From positions 4,820-68,819 of the forward strand of contig JBMNVW010000002.1 of NCBI GenBank assembly GCA_050947035.1: a DNA stretch of 64,000 nt. The letters run 5' to 3'. Of the stretch, positions 50,433 to 60,686 are shown piece by piece. A program made the position numbers and the translations under genes. The stretch is from Patescibacteria group bacterium. Lineage in GTDB: Bacteria > Patescibacteriota > Microgenomatia > 0-14-0-10-38-17. Below the pieces are notes generated by a model, which was given only the letters and a program-made list of their open reading frames with translations, ran no database searches and had not been told where the DNA came from. How positions within the stretch are numbered: position 1 is the stretch's first letter; the number at the start of each line of letters is the position of its first letter.

Positions 50433-51464
50433 TCAGCGGCCAATTTTAATCGCCAACTCGACTAAACGGCAGGAGTAAGCCCATTCGTTATCATACCAGG
50501 CCGAAAGGTAAAGTAAATCATCACTAACCACCTTTGTCGAAGCGGCGTCAATAACCGCCGAAGATGGCCGACCAATAATATCAGAAGAAACCAAAGGATC
50601 GTAAGAAACGGTTAAAATCCCCATCAACTCTTTAGCGGCTTTCTTTTCCAACATTTGATTAACTTCATCAACAGAAACAAAGCGCTTAGTCTTAAAAATA
50701 AAGGTTGAGTAAGAACCACAGACAATCGGCGCCCGAATTGCGGTGGCGGCAAATCGACCAGCAACAGCCGGATACACTGCTTCCACTGATTTGGCCGCTC
50801 CTGTTCCAGTCGGCACCAAATTTATTGCCGCTGCTCGAGCCCGTCTTAAATCCTTACCGGAACCGTCAACCACTTGTTGGCTAGCAGTATAAGCGTGAAT
50901 CGTGGTCATTAAAGCCTCCTGAAAACCAATTTCTTGATCAATAATCTTGACAATGGGAGCCACACAATTAGTCGTGCAGGAAGCGTTAGAAATTAATTTT
51001 TGCTTATCATATTGATCGTCATTAACTCCTAAAACAAAAGTGGGGATAGTTTTATCTTTTGGCGGCGCCGAAAGAATTACTTTTTTAGCTTTGCCTAAAA
51101 AATGGCTTTCTGCCTTTCTATTTAAAAAAGCTCCCGTGCATTCTAAAACCGTGTCAACTTTATAATCCTTCCAGGAAATTTTAGCCGGATCTCTCTGGGC
51201 CAAAACTGGATACTCATCTTTACCAATCTTAATTCGACCAATTTCTGCTGATTCCTTAGGCGGCAGAGCCACCACCTCTTCCGGCCAAGTGCCATAAACG
51301 CTATCGTGTTTAAAAAGATGGGCCCAACCAGCCGTATCCATAGACCCTGAGGTGTTAATCGCTGTTACCTTAACTTTTTTGCGATAATTTTTTCTTATCG
51401 TTCTTAAAGTAACTCGACCAATTCGGCCAAAACCGGTAATTGCAAGATTTAGCATAACTTTCAA
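50433..51464 (-). CDS. gap: Glyceraldehyde-3-phosphate dehydrogenase.
   Basis: ITGFGRIGR NAD-binding motif and the ASCTTNC catalytic-cysteine motif. Confidence 0.9.
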   Translation of the reverse strand: MKVMLNLAITGFGRIGRVTLRTIRKNYRKKVKVTAINTSGSMDTAGWAHLFKHDSVYGTWPEEVVALPPKESAEIGRIKIGKDEYPVLAQRDPAKISWKDYKVDTVLECTGAFLNRKAESHFLGKAKKVILSAPPKDKTIPTFVLGVNDDQYDKQKLISNASCTTNCVAPIVKIIDQEIGFQEALMTTIHAYTASQQVVDGSGKDLRRARAAAINLVPTGTGAAKSVEAVYPAVAGRFAATAIRAPIVCGSYSTFIFKTKRFVSVDEVNQMLEKKAAKELMGILTVSYDPLVSSDIIGRPSSAVIDAASTKVVSDDLLYLSAWYDNEWAYSCRLVELAIKIGR

Positions 51465-51591
51465 AAATTTCTAATTTCTAATTTCTAATGTTTCAATGAC
51501 TAAAGCTTTGGGATTTATAATCTGAAATTTAGAATTTATTTGGTTATTGGAATTTGAGATTTGTTTGGAAATTGGGTTAATTGGAAATTGG

Positions 51592-52662
51592 TTATTTTGC
51601 CAGGGCTTCTATCCCTGGCAAAGTTCCCTTGGCCAAAAAGTCTAACATCGCCCCACCACCGGAAGCAATATAATTTATACTATCAATAAGCTCTAACCTC
51701 GTCAATGCTGCTTGGGTATCGCCTCCACCGGCCACCACAAATCCCCCTGAGGCAATAGCGGCCTCAAATAAAGCCCTAGTCCCCCGATAATGGCCTTGGT
51801 CGGTGTTTCCTACCGGACCGGCCAAAACTACTGTCTTGGCCTGAATAATTTTTTTTCTAAAATTAGCAATTGTTTGCTTATCTAAATCCTGCTTATCCTT
51901 GGTAAGGCGGCCAGGAAAAACTTTTTTACTTTCTAAAAGTTTAGTAAAACCGGAAATTTTTTCTGGTAATAAGCCTCCTAATAAAATTTGATCAGCCCAA
52001 TCAAGCATTTGGCTGGTAAATTCTAATTTATCTTCTTTTACTCCACCAATTACCAAAATAAGGGGGCGAGCCGGATTATTTAACAAAGAGGTTAGGCTAT
52101 TAATTTCTTTTTCTAAGGTCAGTCCGGAGGCTGAAGGTAAAAGTTTAGGTAACCCCACTACTGAAGCGTGCTTCCGATGAGAAACAGAAAAAGCATCGTT
52201 AATATAAAAATTGCCTAACTTAGCTAATCTTTTAGCAAAAACCGGGTCGTTATCTTCTTCGCCAGAATAAAAACGTAAATTTTCTAACAATAATATTTGT
52301 CCTTTTTCTAATTTTTTTGTCCAGCTTTGGGTTAAATTGCCAATTGTTTTTGGAGAGAAAAGAATCTTTTTCTTATAACCAATCAAGCCAAAGGCAAGCT
52401 CATTTAATTTTTGGGCCACCGGAGCAAGAGAAAATTGAGAATCAGATTCTTTTTGGGGCCGACCAAGGTGAGAAAGTAGAATCACCCTAGCCCCAGCCTC
52501 AATCAAAAATCTTAAAGTTGGCAAGGATAATCTAATCCGCTCATCATCAACAACCGCCAACTCTCCCTTATCGTTTTCTTTTAAAGAAACATTATAATCT
52601 ACCCGTACCAAAACTCGTAAACCATCAAAAACTGAAGGAGAAAAAGAACTTAAAGCTTTCAT
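51592..52662 (-). CDS. pgk: Phosphoglycerate kinase.
   Basis: The motif VRVDYNV and the C-terminal GGGA...G motifs. Confidence 0.9.
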   Translation of the reverse strand: MKALSSFSPSVFDGLRVLVRVDYNVSLKENDKGELAVVDDERIRLSLPTLRFLIEAGARVILLSHLGRPQKESDSQFSLAPVAQKLNELAFGLIGYKKKILFSPKTIGNLTQSWTKKLEKGQILLLENLRFYSGEEDNDPVFAKRLAKLGNFYINDAFSVSHRKHASVVGLPKLLPSASGLTLEKEINSLTSLLNNPARPLILVIGGVKEDKLEFTSQMLDWADQILLGGLLPEKISGFTKLLESKKVFPGRLTKDKQDLDKQTIANFRKKIIQAKTVVLAGPVGNTDQGHYRGTRALFEAAIASGGFVVAGGGDTQAALTRLELIDSINYIASGGGAMLDFLAKGTLPGIEALAK

Positions 52663-52685
52663 TCTCTATAATATTAGTACTATTT

Positions 52686-53132
52686 TTAATTAGAAATTTT
52701 TTCTATTTTTTCTAATCGTCGTTTATGTCTTTCTTGACCAGAAAATTGGGTTTCTAAAAAAACCTTAACCAATTTTTTGGCTTGATTAAAATTAACAAAA
52801 TCAGCCGGTAAAGCTAAGCAATTAATATCATCAAGGGCCCGGCCATGATAGACTTGTTTTTTATCAAAACCAAGCCCGCAACGGACCCTGTCAAAACGAT
52901 TAACAACAATATCAACTCCAATGCCAGAACCACAAAGAACAAGTCCTCGACTTTGAGGGTTATCACTTAAAGACTTGGCTAACTTTTTGGCAAAATCAGG
53001 ATAATCATCATCGGCATCAAAAACTAAATTGCCAAAATCCTTAACCTGATATCCTCGTTTTTCTAACCACGCTTTTAGCTTTTGTTTCAAGGCAAATCCG
53101 CGATGGTCAGTAGCAAGATAAACTAACACCAT
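52686..53132 (-). CDS. rpiB: Ribose-5-phosphate isomerase B.
   Basis: The sequence LATDHRGFALKQKLKAWLEKRGYQVKDFG and a length of 148 aa. Confidence 0.85.
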   Translation of the reverse strand: MVLVYLATDHRGFALKQKLKAWLEKRGYQVKDFGNLVFDADDDYPDFAKKLAKSLSDNPQSRGLVLCGSGIGVDIVVNRFDRVRCGLGFDKKQVYHGRALDDINCLALPADFVNFNQAKKLVKVFLETQFSGQERHKRRLEKIEKISN

Positions 53133-53206
53133 ATTTCAATTTCCAATTGAATATTGGTCCAATAAGACCTATCAGACCAATATTATCTATAATTTTTAAT
53201 TTTTTT

Positions 53207-53869
53207 CTAAATACCAGATGCTAACTCTCTTAACTTCTCTTCCGGATTATCAGCCAAAACCACTGCCGATGAAATCAATACTCCTCTAGCGCCCATTTTT
53301 TTAGCTAGTAAAACATCTTCCCGACTATTAATTCCGGCCCCCACAACAAGGGGAACGTTTTTTTCTTTGGCTATAATAATTGCTTTACGAACCGACCCGG
53401 GAGATGCTTTAGTAATAGAATCTGGACCACCAATCAGCTCCTTTATTTCATAAGCCAAATAGTCTGGTTTAGCAAAAACAAGTTTCTTTAATTGGCCCAA
53501 GGTTTCTCCACAAACCATCGCTCCAAAATCATTATTAACATCTTTGGCTCTTCTGATAATTTGTTTTATTGTCCCCGGAGGAAGACGATGCTCTGAATGG
53601 TTAAGCAGGGTTCCTGTTGCCCCAGAAGCCATAAGCGCCTCTAAATTAATCCAACCCGTGGCCTGGCCCGGTTTTTGCCAATCGGCATGCTGAGCCCAGA
53701 CTGGCCCTTCAATCGCCTGACTAATCCGAAGCAAGTCTACTGTCTGGACAAGAGGAATAATTTCTACCTTTTTATTTTGAGCAACCCGATGGCAAATTTT
53801 GGCCAAACGCAAAGCCTTCTCTCCCGTCGCTTCGGGATAAGTTTTAAAGTTGATAAATATTTTAAACAC
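53207..53869 (-). CDS. tpiA: Triosephosphate isomerase, short archaeal type.
   Basis: The sequences INFKTYPEATG and GAGIN, at a length of 220 aa, are typical of archaeal-type TIM. Confidence 0.7.
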   Translation of the reverse strand: MFKIFINFKTYPEATGEKALRLAKICHRVAQNKKVEIIPLVQTVDLLRISQAIEGPVWAQHADWQKPGQATGWINLEALMASGATGTLLNHSEHRLPPGTIKQIIRRAKDVNNDFGAMVCGETLGQLKKLVFAKPDYLAYEIKELIGGPDSITKASPGSVRKAIIIAKEKNVPLVVGAGINSREDVLLAKKMGARGVLISSAVVLADNPEEKLRELASGI

Positions 53870-53876
53870 TCTGATT

Positions 53877-53926
53877 AAAAATTTCTAATTCTTAATTTCT
53901 ATTCAATTTTTAATGATTTAATGTTC
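53877..53926. repeat. AT-rich element of about 50 bp (family F) immediately upstream of the tpiA start. It is nearly identical to the copy at 61434-61487, which lies upstream of the korB-like gene.
   Basis: The sequence aaatttctaattcttaatttctattcaatttttaatgatttaatgtt was read at both sites. Confidence 0.7.
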
Positions 53927-54008
53927 AATTATCGCTTGTAATTTAAGATTTAAAATTGGGGCTTGGTGTTTTTTTGATTTCATTAGAATAATTCTAATAA
54001 TTTAAAAA

Positions 54009-54299
54009 TCATATTCCTAGCTTTTTTCTCCCTTCTTCACTCATTCTCTCCGGACTCCAAGGCGGATCAAAAACTAACTTCACCTCAACCTCTTTAATTT
54101 CTTCTAGTTTACTAATTTTTTCTTTCACTTGATCGGTTAGCTTTAGCATAAACGGACAACCGGGAGTGGTTAGGGTCATTTTAATTACTGCCTTTCCCTT
54201 TTTAAAAGTAACCTCATAAATTAAACCTAAATCCCAAATGCTAATATCCATTTCTGGATCAGAGATTTCTTTTAGGGCGTTAATTATTTTTTCCTTCAT
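54009..54299 (-). CDS. DUF59 (MIP18/SufT-like) Fe-S cluster assembly-related protein.
   Basis: The sequence NALKEISDPEMDISIWDLGLIYEV and a length of 96 aa. Confidence 0.7.
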   Translation of the reverse strand: MKEKIINALKEISDPEMDISIWDLGLIYEVTFKKGKAVIKMTLTTPGCPFMLKLTDQVKEKISKLEEIKEVEVKLVFDPPWSPERMSEEGRKKLGI

Positions 54300-54317
54300 A
54301 ATTTTATTCTAACATCT

Positions 54318-55172
54318 TCACTCTTGATCAACCATTTCTTTGGCCTGAGAAATAATTTTTTTGCTTTTGTGGCCAATTAACTTTTGCCAAGCCAAATTAT
54401 TAACCAGATCCTGACAAAAAATTAATCCTTCCTTAAGTAAGATTCGTTTATCCTCAGGTGATAGGCTTGGCAAGCAGGTTAAAGGATGCTTGTTGCTCTT
54501 GTCAATCAAATCAGGCAAGGCTCTACCTTTAGGGTAATCCCAAGACAAAACCGCCAAACCGACACACTGGCAATATTTGAGCGCCTCTGAAGTTACTCGA
54601 GAATTAGTGGCTAATAATCCTTTAGTAAAGCGGTCCGGGGTACCAAAAACCGTCAATCTTGTTTCTTGCAAGTCATAAAATCGAGCCCAAATATAAAGGG
54701 CTGTTTTTAGAGCCACCTTAATACCGGCTCTACCATGAAACTTACACTCAATCAAATAACAGGCCGGTTCCTTCGATTGGGCCAAATAGTCTGAGAAGTT
54801 TGTTTTAGCAATAACATCTACCTCATGATCGACACATTTGCCAGACAAAACTTGAGAAACTTTAACTTGATAATCAAAAGACTCCAGCAGTTTAGCTAAA
54901 AAAGCCTCAAAAGGATAGCCAGTCGGACCCAAATCAATAATCGCCTGTTTAAGATTGTACTTGGAGGCCAAAAGAGACTTTTCTTGTTTTAACCAGGCAA
55001 AAACTAACCGATAAATTTCCTTCGTGGTTATTCCTGAATAAATTTTTTTATTTAACTTTCTAATAATTTTTTCTTCGGTCGCCTTTTTTGCTCCCGCCTT
55101 AGCCAAAGATCGCCTAACCTTACTTTCCGAAAAAGGCTCTCTTTCCCCGGATCGTTTAACAACCTCAATCAT
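54318..55172 (-). CDS. Fusion of an ATP-cone domain and a restriction-endonuclease-like (Mrr/PD-(D/E)xK) domain.
   Basis: N-terminal ATP-cone (MIEVVKRSGEREPFSESKVRRSLAKAG...TKEIYRLV) and a C-terminal nuclease core (DHEVDVIAKT...YLIECKFH). Confidence 0.65.
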   Translation of the reverse strand: MIEVVKRSGEREPFSESKVRRSLAKAGAKKATEEKIIRKLNKKIYSGITTKEIYRLVFAWLKQEKSLLASKYNLKQAIIDLGPTGYPFEAFLAKLLESFDYQVKVSQVLSGKCVDHEVDVIAKTNFSDYLAQSKEPACYLIECKFHGRAGIKVALKTALYIWARFYDLQETRLTVFGTPDRFTKGLLATNSRVTSEALKYCQCVGLAVLSWDYPKGRALPDLIDKSNKHPLTCLPSLSPEDKRILLKEGLIFCQDLVNNLAWQKLIGHKSKKIISQAKEMVDQE

Positions 55173-56248
55173 TTGCTTTTATTTTTAATAAACAAAACTG
55201 CTAAAAAGGTAGTAATCGGTACCGCCGCTACCAAGCCAATACTACCCACTAAAATTCTAACTACTTCTTCAGCGATAATTTCGTAATTAACTACCAACGA
55301 TAATCTTTGGTTACTATTAATAAATAACAACAATAATGGTAAAGAAGCGCCAGTATAAACCAGTACTAAAGTATTAACCATGGAGGCAATATGGTCTCGA
55401 CCAATAGACAAACTTTCTTGAAATAATTTTTTAGATTTAATTTTAGGATTAACCTTTTTTAATTTCTCTACGATCGCACTTTGAGAAATAGTTACATCAT
55501 CCAAAACACCTAAGGCACCAATAATAATTCCTGCTAGAACCAGTCCTTGCGGATTAATTAAACCCTGATGAGAAATCGACAAAAAACCAGCCTCCTCAGA
55601 AGATAAACCAGATATATTAGTCCCTTTAACAAAAATTTGCGCTAAAACCCCTGTTATAACCAAAGCAATTACTGTCGAAGCGGCGGCAATTGTTGTTTTT
55701 CGGCTAAAACCATGAGCTGAATAAAACAATAATGGCACCATCAGAACTGAAACCGCTATGCTGACTAAAACAGGATCTTTGCCTTGGTTAATTGGCGGCA
55801 AAATTAAAAAACCAACCACCAAAAATGATAACACCAAACCAATCAAAGAAGAAAACCCCTTAATTCCTCCCACCACTAAAACAAGCAAAACAAAAATTAT
55901 TGCCAACAAAATTAATTTAGGCCGACGGACATAATCGGCAATATAAAAAATGTTATTACCTTCCATGTCTGTTGACAAAGCCAGGACAATCTTGTCGCCT
56001 GTTTTAAATTTCTGGCTAGTTAAGGGATCATAAAACCCTGTTTCCACAGTCAATTTTTGCCCGGCAAAACGCCCATCCTTAACCAAAACTGAAACTTCTT
56101 GATAAAATTGACCAAGCTCTTGCTTCTGATCTAAAATCTCAACAATTTCCCCTTCCATTAATACTTCTTCTTGAGCCCAAACAGGAGACGGGCTTAAGAA
56201 GAAGCCTAAAAACAAAAATAAAACTACTAATTTTCTCATTGCTTTCAA
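55169..56248 (-). CDS. YibE/F-family membrane protein.
   Basis: Signal peptide, a periplasmic N-terminal domain, and six to seven transmembrane segments. It overlaps the downstream gene by 4 bp. Confidence 0.55.
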   Translation of the reverse strand: MKAMRKLVVLFLFLGFFLSPSPVWAQEEVLMEGEIVEILDQKQELGQFYQEVSVLVKDGRFAGQKLTVETGFYDPLTSQKFKTGDKIVLALSTDMEGNNIFYIADYVRRPKLILLAIIFVLLVLVVGGIKGFSSLIGLVLSFLVVGFLILPPINQGKDPVLVSIAVSVLMVPLLFYSAHGFSRKTTIAAASTVIALVITGVLAQIFVKGTNISGLSSEEAGFLSISHQGLINPQGLVLAGIIIGALGVLDDVTISQSAIVEKLKKVNPKIKSKKLFQESLSIGRDHIASMVNTLVLVYTGASLPLLLLFINSNQRLSLVVNYEIIAEEVVRILVGSIGLVAAVPITTFLAVLFIKNKSK

Positions 56249-56251
56249 TTT

Positions 56252-56569
56252 TTAAGAAGACAAAGTTTGGTTAATTTCCTCCTCTAAAACTTCAGCATTT
56301 TGCAACCCCAACCATTGTTTGACTACCTGGCCATCTTTAAATAAAAATAAGGCCGGAATACTCATTATGCTATATTGACTAGCCAAACCCTGATTATCAT
56401 CAATATTAACCTTGGCGATTTTGATTTTTCCACCTATTTCTTTGGCTAAATCATCTAAAACCGGCCCCATCATCTGACAAGGTCCACACCAAGGAGCCCA
56501 AAAATCAACCAAAACTGGTAAATCCGACTCTAGCACTTCACTTTTAAAAGATTGTTGGTCTACATCCAT
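56252..56569 (-). CDS. trxA: Thioredoxin.
   Basis: WAPWCGPCQ active site. The start is taken at the internal Met (MDVDQQ). Confidence 0.85.
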   Translation of the reverse strand: MDVDQQSFKSEVLESDLPVLVDFWAPWCGPCQMMGPVLDDLAKEIGGKIKIAKVNIDDNQGLASQYSIMSIPALFLFKDGQVVKQWLGLQNAEVLEEEINQTLSS

Positions 56570-56643
56570 ATTATTCACCCCCCACAAGAAACATTTTAAC
56601 ACTAAATTTGTCTTCCTTTAAGAACCATGTTAGGATAATTTTA

Positions 56644-57525
56644 ATGGGCAAAGTTACTAAAGGTATTATTGCCGCCGCCGGACGAGGAACTCGCTTTCTT
56701 CCTGTTACTAAAGCTTATCCCAAAGAGCTACTTGCTATTCTTGATAAACCCAATATTCAATACTTGGTCGAGGAAATGATTGGAGCAGGAATTTCCGAAA
56801 TTAATATTGTTCATCGACCGGGTGATAAAAAAATCGCCCAATATTTTACCCCTGATCAAGAACTAAAAAAATTCTTAAAAGATAATAATAAAGAATCATT
56901 TCTGTCTAGCCTAGAAGAAATCTGGAATAAGGCCAATATTTATTTTACTCCCCAAGACCCAAATCTTCCTTATGGTAATGCTTCTCCAATACTATCAGTT
57001 AAAAAATTTATTGGCGATGACCCCTTTGTCTATATGTTTGGTGATGATCTGGTTGTTGAAAAAAAACCGGGTAACTATCTTGCCTCTTTAATTAAAACTT
57101 ACCAAAAATATCAACCGGCAGTAATTTTAGGCGCTCAAGAGGTGCCATGGGAAGAGATTGATCGTTACGCCAGCATAAAATACATTGATGATCCCAAATA
57201 TCCTCACCGGGCCGTTGAAGTTTTAGAAAAATTGCCCTCTAACGAAGCCCCGTCCAATGTAGCTCAGTTCGGCCGTTTTATTGTTTCTAATAAAATTTTT
57301 CCTGTTTTAGAAAAACAAGAATTATCACGCGATAATGAACTCTGGTTTGCTGATGCTAACAACACCCTGGCCAAAGAGGATGTTGCCATTGCTGAGCCAA
57401 TTACTGACGGGGAATGGTTAACCACTGGCGATCCTCTGCGTTGGCTAAAAGTAAATCTAGTTTTGGCTCTTAAAGATAAAAAATTATCAGCTGATATCAA
57501 AGAATTTTTAACTAAAAATATCTAA
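56644..57525 (+). CDS. galU: UTP--glucose-1-phosphate uridylyltransferase.
   Basis: The sequence KGIIAAAGRGTRFLPVTKAYPKELLAILDKPNIQYLVEE matches the GalU N-terminal signature. Confidence 0.8.
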   Translation: MGKVTKGIIAAAGRGTRFLPVTKAYPKELLAILDKPNIQYLVEEMIGAGISEINIVHRPGDKKIAQYFTPDQELKKFLKDNNKESFLSSLEEIWNKANIYFTPQDPNLPYGNASPILSVKKFIGDDPFVYMFGDDLVVEKKPGNYLASLIKTYQKYQPAVILGAQEVPWEEIDRYASIKYIDDPKYPHRAVEVLEKLPSNEAPSNVAQFGRFIVSNKIFPVLEKQELSRDNELWFADANNTLAKEDVAIAEPITDGEWLTTGDPLRWLKVNLVLALKDKKLSADIKEFLTKNI

Positions 57526-57535
57526 CAATTTCTCT

Positions 57536-57874
57536 GTGGTTAATAAAGAAGTTCAGCCAGCCCGAGAAACTCCTCCCCCCGAAACTGAAGCCTGGCTAAT
57601 TGATGCTCATTCTTTTTATAATGGTTTCTGGAACGATAAACAAGAAACTTTTGAAACAACCATCATTAATCAAAAAGGCGAAAAAACCTATTGCCAAAGC
57701 GGTCAATGGGAACTTCAACACCAAGGAGAAACTATCGCCGAAGCGATTAGCTGCGTTTTTTTCGATACTGGTTTACCCTGGATAAAAATTAGCCTTGTTG
57801 CTGGCATTTCTCCGAAAAAGGAACAAGCCTTGAGATCTTCACTAAAACACTATGGAGCAATGAAGGCCGGATAA
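57536..57874 (+). CDS. Hypothetical protein.
   Basis: ORF only; no motif recognised. Confidence 0.3.
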   Translation: MVNKEVQPARETPPPETEAWLIDAHSFYNGFWNDKQETFETTIINQKGEKTYCQSGQWELQHQGETIAEAISCVFFDTGLPWIKISLVAGISPKKEQALRSSLKHYGAMKAG

Positions 57875-57967
57875 GCTTAAGCCCTTAATTTTAAACTAAA
57901 GAATTGCTCCTCGGATGAAGACTCCCCACTCACCAACTGACGGGCTTATAATCACGGGCTGTTGCTT

Positions 57968-58909
57968 TTAATTCTTAATCACAAACTCCACTTTTTTTCC
58001 TTTTGCTTTCGGCGCATATTCTTTTGTTAGTTTTTTAGCTTTTTCCACCACCTTATCACTAATTTCCCCCCTAACTAATGTGGTTGGGCCAGGAATATCT
58101 TTTAATTCAATCAGACAATCTCCTTTTTGGGTAGTTTTTTTAATTTCCTCATTTTCCTCGTGATTTCTGCCAATAACGATTAGAGTCTTATCAGACCAAA
58201 AATGACGACCAAGACTAGCCAGTCCCAAGCTATCAGACAAACTCTTAGGAAAAACGGCGATAATTTTAGACAGGCGCTTAGAAAAATTTTTATCGGTTAG
58301 CAAACAGCCCCCAGCTGGAGTAGTATAATTTTTTAACCCCCAATTTTGAACTAGTCTTAATTGTTCTTTTCGCGATCGGCCCTTAAGGCTAAATAATTTT
58401 CCCCTATCAAGCCAGCCTTTTTTTTCCGGTATCGTTGCTGGTAATAACTTTGCTGATAAAGGCCTAACCACCAAGCCCTCCAAGCCCGCTTCTTGGTCAA
58501 TTATTGTCAATGCTTGTTTATTTTGAGATAGGGGTCGTTGACCCAAAACATCACCGGTAACTAAAAATCTCGCTCTATTATTAGCCATTAAAGCGGCGGC
58601 TTTTTTTAACATTAATAAATGACAATCAAGACAAGGATTAAGACCAACCCCATAACCATGCTCCGGCGATAAAACTTTGTCTAATTGTTCTTGGCTAATA
58701 TCTAAAGTTCGCAAAGAAATATCCAACTCTCGAGCTTGTTTTTGGGCCGGCAAAGAAGTGTCAAAAAAATAACTTTTAAAAGTTACCCCGATTAAGTCTA
58801 TCCCCTGATCTTGAATAATTTTAGCTGCCAAAAGACTATCCAAACCTCCGGAAAGTAAAACTAAGGCAGTAATTTGCTTCTTTTCTTTGTTCATAATCGA
58901 TACCAACAA
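57968..58909 (-). CDS. PP-loop ATPase resembling MnmA-type tRNA 2-thiouridylase.
   Basis: The sequences ALVLLSGGLDSLLAAKIIQDQGIDLIGVTFKSY and CLDCH parallel the MnmA PP-loop and catalytic-cysteine regions. Confidence 0.5.
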   Translation of the reverse strand: MLVSIMNKEKKQITALVLLSGGLDSLLAAKIIQDQGIDLIGVTFKSYFFDTSLPAQKQARELDISLRTLDISQEQLDKVLSPEHGYGVGLNPCLDCHLLMLKKAAALMANNRARFLVTGDVLGQRPLSQNKQALTIIDQEAGLEGLVVRPLSAKLLPATIPEKKGWLDRGKLFSLKGRSRKEQLRLVQNWGLKNYTTPAGGCLLTDKNFSKRLSKIIAVFPKSLSDSLGLASLGRHFWSDKTLIVIGRNHEENEEIKKTTQKGDCLIELKDIPGPTTLVRGEISDKVVEKAKKLTKEYAPKAKGKKVEFVIKN

Positions 58910-60627
58910 TTATTAATTTTATCAATTAAGCTCTCCGCTTTAAAATGAAGGGCCGGATTGTTAGTTTGAAAATAAATTTGAGCTAAACCTGAATTAGCAG
59001 AATAAGAATGAGGGTTTATTTTTAAAGATCTTTCTAAGCTTTGTCTATACAAGTCCTCTTTTCCTAACAAACGAAAAAATCGACCTAATTTAATCAAACC
59101 CAAAGCTTGACTTTGGAAATCATCAACCAAATTTTTATTAATAACTAATTCCTCTGGCCCATTATCTAAATTAGTAAAAATAACCACATTTTCGTCAAGA
59201 TAAACCAAGCGCCATTCCTCATCTTGATAAAGATTAGTTAAAAATACTTTAGCCCAGGGGGTTTGATCAGTGTGAGAGATAAAAACTACCTCAATATTGT
59301 ACTCTTCTTTTGCTTTTTGCCAACTGTCCTTGTCTAACTGGATATTCTTATATTCTTGCCAAAAGCCAACCGGATAAGCCTCGGGTCGAGAATCAACAAA
59401 AACTCTAACATCAGGATAAAAATAGTCTAAGTAACTACCAATATCAAAATTGTTAAAAATATTCTTTTGAGGAAAATTTTTAATTAAAAAAAGAGCCGCT
59501 TCTTTGGCTGGCTGATCACCACCAAAACCAAAGTTTCGATCAGAATCCGACCAGCGATAAACTAAATTAGTAGAATAAATAAAAATTAATAAAAGGGCGG
59601 CTGATAAGCCGACTATTCTTATCCCCCAATCAAAATACTGTTTTATTTCTTGGGGAAGCTTTTTTAAAAAAAACCAAAAACTGCCTCCCCAAAGCCAAAA
59701 AGAATAAAGGGCAAAAAAAGGAAAATGACGAATTTGCTTGGCTGAAACAATTGATAAAACTAACCAGCCTGAAAAATCAAGCCATCTTTTTCTATTAAGA
59801 ATAAACAATAAGCCAAAAATAAAGCTTATTTTAAAAAAAGTAATACTGGCCCGATAACCAAAATCAGCCAAAAAGAAAATTGATTGGTTCTCGACAATTT
59901 GATAACCATAATTTTGCCAAATCAAGAACGGCGCCAGAGCTCCTTTAATAAAATTAGGATTTATTAGATTAGCCAATATGGCCAGCAATAAAGGAAGAAA
60001 AACCTTTTTTATTCCCTCTTTTGATTTAAAAATTTTATTTCGGAAAAACCAAATAAAATTTATTCCGATCAAAAAAAGACCAAAAATAAAAGAAATATGT
60101 AAATTAACCCAAAAAAGCTGCAACAACGGTAACCACCACAATAGCTTTTTCTCTCCTGACCTGGCCTTAGTAAAAATTATTAAAAAGAGAGTAAACAGTA
60201 AAAATCCAAAAATCTCCGGTCGAATATAGATCCGTTCCCGAAAAACCAACATTGGCAAGATTGACAAAAAAGCCGCCCAAGACGGCGGGGTTTTTTGAGA
60301 GACCAACCAGAAAAGACCCCCCCAGACTAAAACAAAAATAGCTGTCTTAAATAAAATTAAACCGTTATTGCCAAAATTATTATAAATTAAGGCAAAAACA
60401 ACTTCTGACAACCAATGATGATTTTGGAAAGAAAAATCTGTTTCTAGATAAGAAAAAAGATTGGTCCTGGGAATTGATTTTTCTTTTAAAATAATTTCTC
60501 CTAGTCTGATATGGCGACCCAGATCTTGATTCCACTCTACTCCTGAAGTGTGAAAAGAAAAACAAAAAACTACTAATAAAATAATTCCTAACCAAAACCA
60601 AAAAGAATAATCTTTTTTTCTTAGCAC
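58891..60627 (-). CDS. Large polytopic membrane protein with C-terminal TPR-like repeats (putative glycosyl- or polymer-transferase).
   Basis: More than 10 transmembrane segments and a C-terminal YRQSLERSLKINPHSYSANSGLAQIYF repeat region. Confidence 0.45.
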   Translation of the reverse strand: MLRKKDYSFWFWLGIILLVVFCFSFHTSGVEWNQDLGRHIRLGEIILKEKSIPRTNLFSYLETDFSFQNHHWLSEVVFALIYNNFGNNGLILFKTAIFVLVWGGLFWLVSQKTPPSWAAFLSILPMLVFRERIYIRPEIFGFLLFTLFLIIFTKARSGEKKLLWWLPLLQLFWVNLHISFIFGLFLIGINFIWFFRNKIFKSKEGIKKVFLPLLLAILANLINPNFIKGALAPFLIWQNYGYQIVENQSIFFLADFGYRASITFFKISFIFGLLFILNRKRWLDFSGWLVLSIVSAKQIRHFPFFALYSFWLWGGSFWFFLKKLPQEIKQYFDWGIRIVGLSAALLLIFIYSTNLVYRWSDSDRNFGFGGDQPAKEAALFLIKNFPQKNIFNNFDIGSYLDYFYPDVRVFVDSRPEAYPVGFWQEYKNIQLDKDSWQKAKEEYNIEVVFISHTDQTPWAKVFLTNLYQDEEWRLVYLDENVVIFTNLDNGPEELVINKNLVDDFQSQALGLIKLGRFFRLLGKEDLYRQSLERSLKINPHSYSANSGLAQIYFQTNNPALHFKAESLIDKINNCWYRL

Positions 60628-60686
60628 AAAATTTTTAAACGAAGAATTCTAATAAGTAGTCTCCTTATCAGGGACCAAGATAAATT

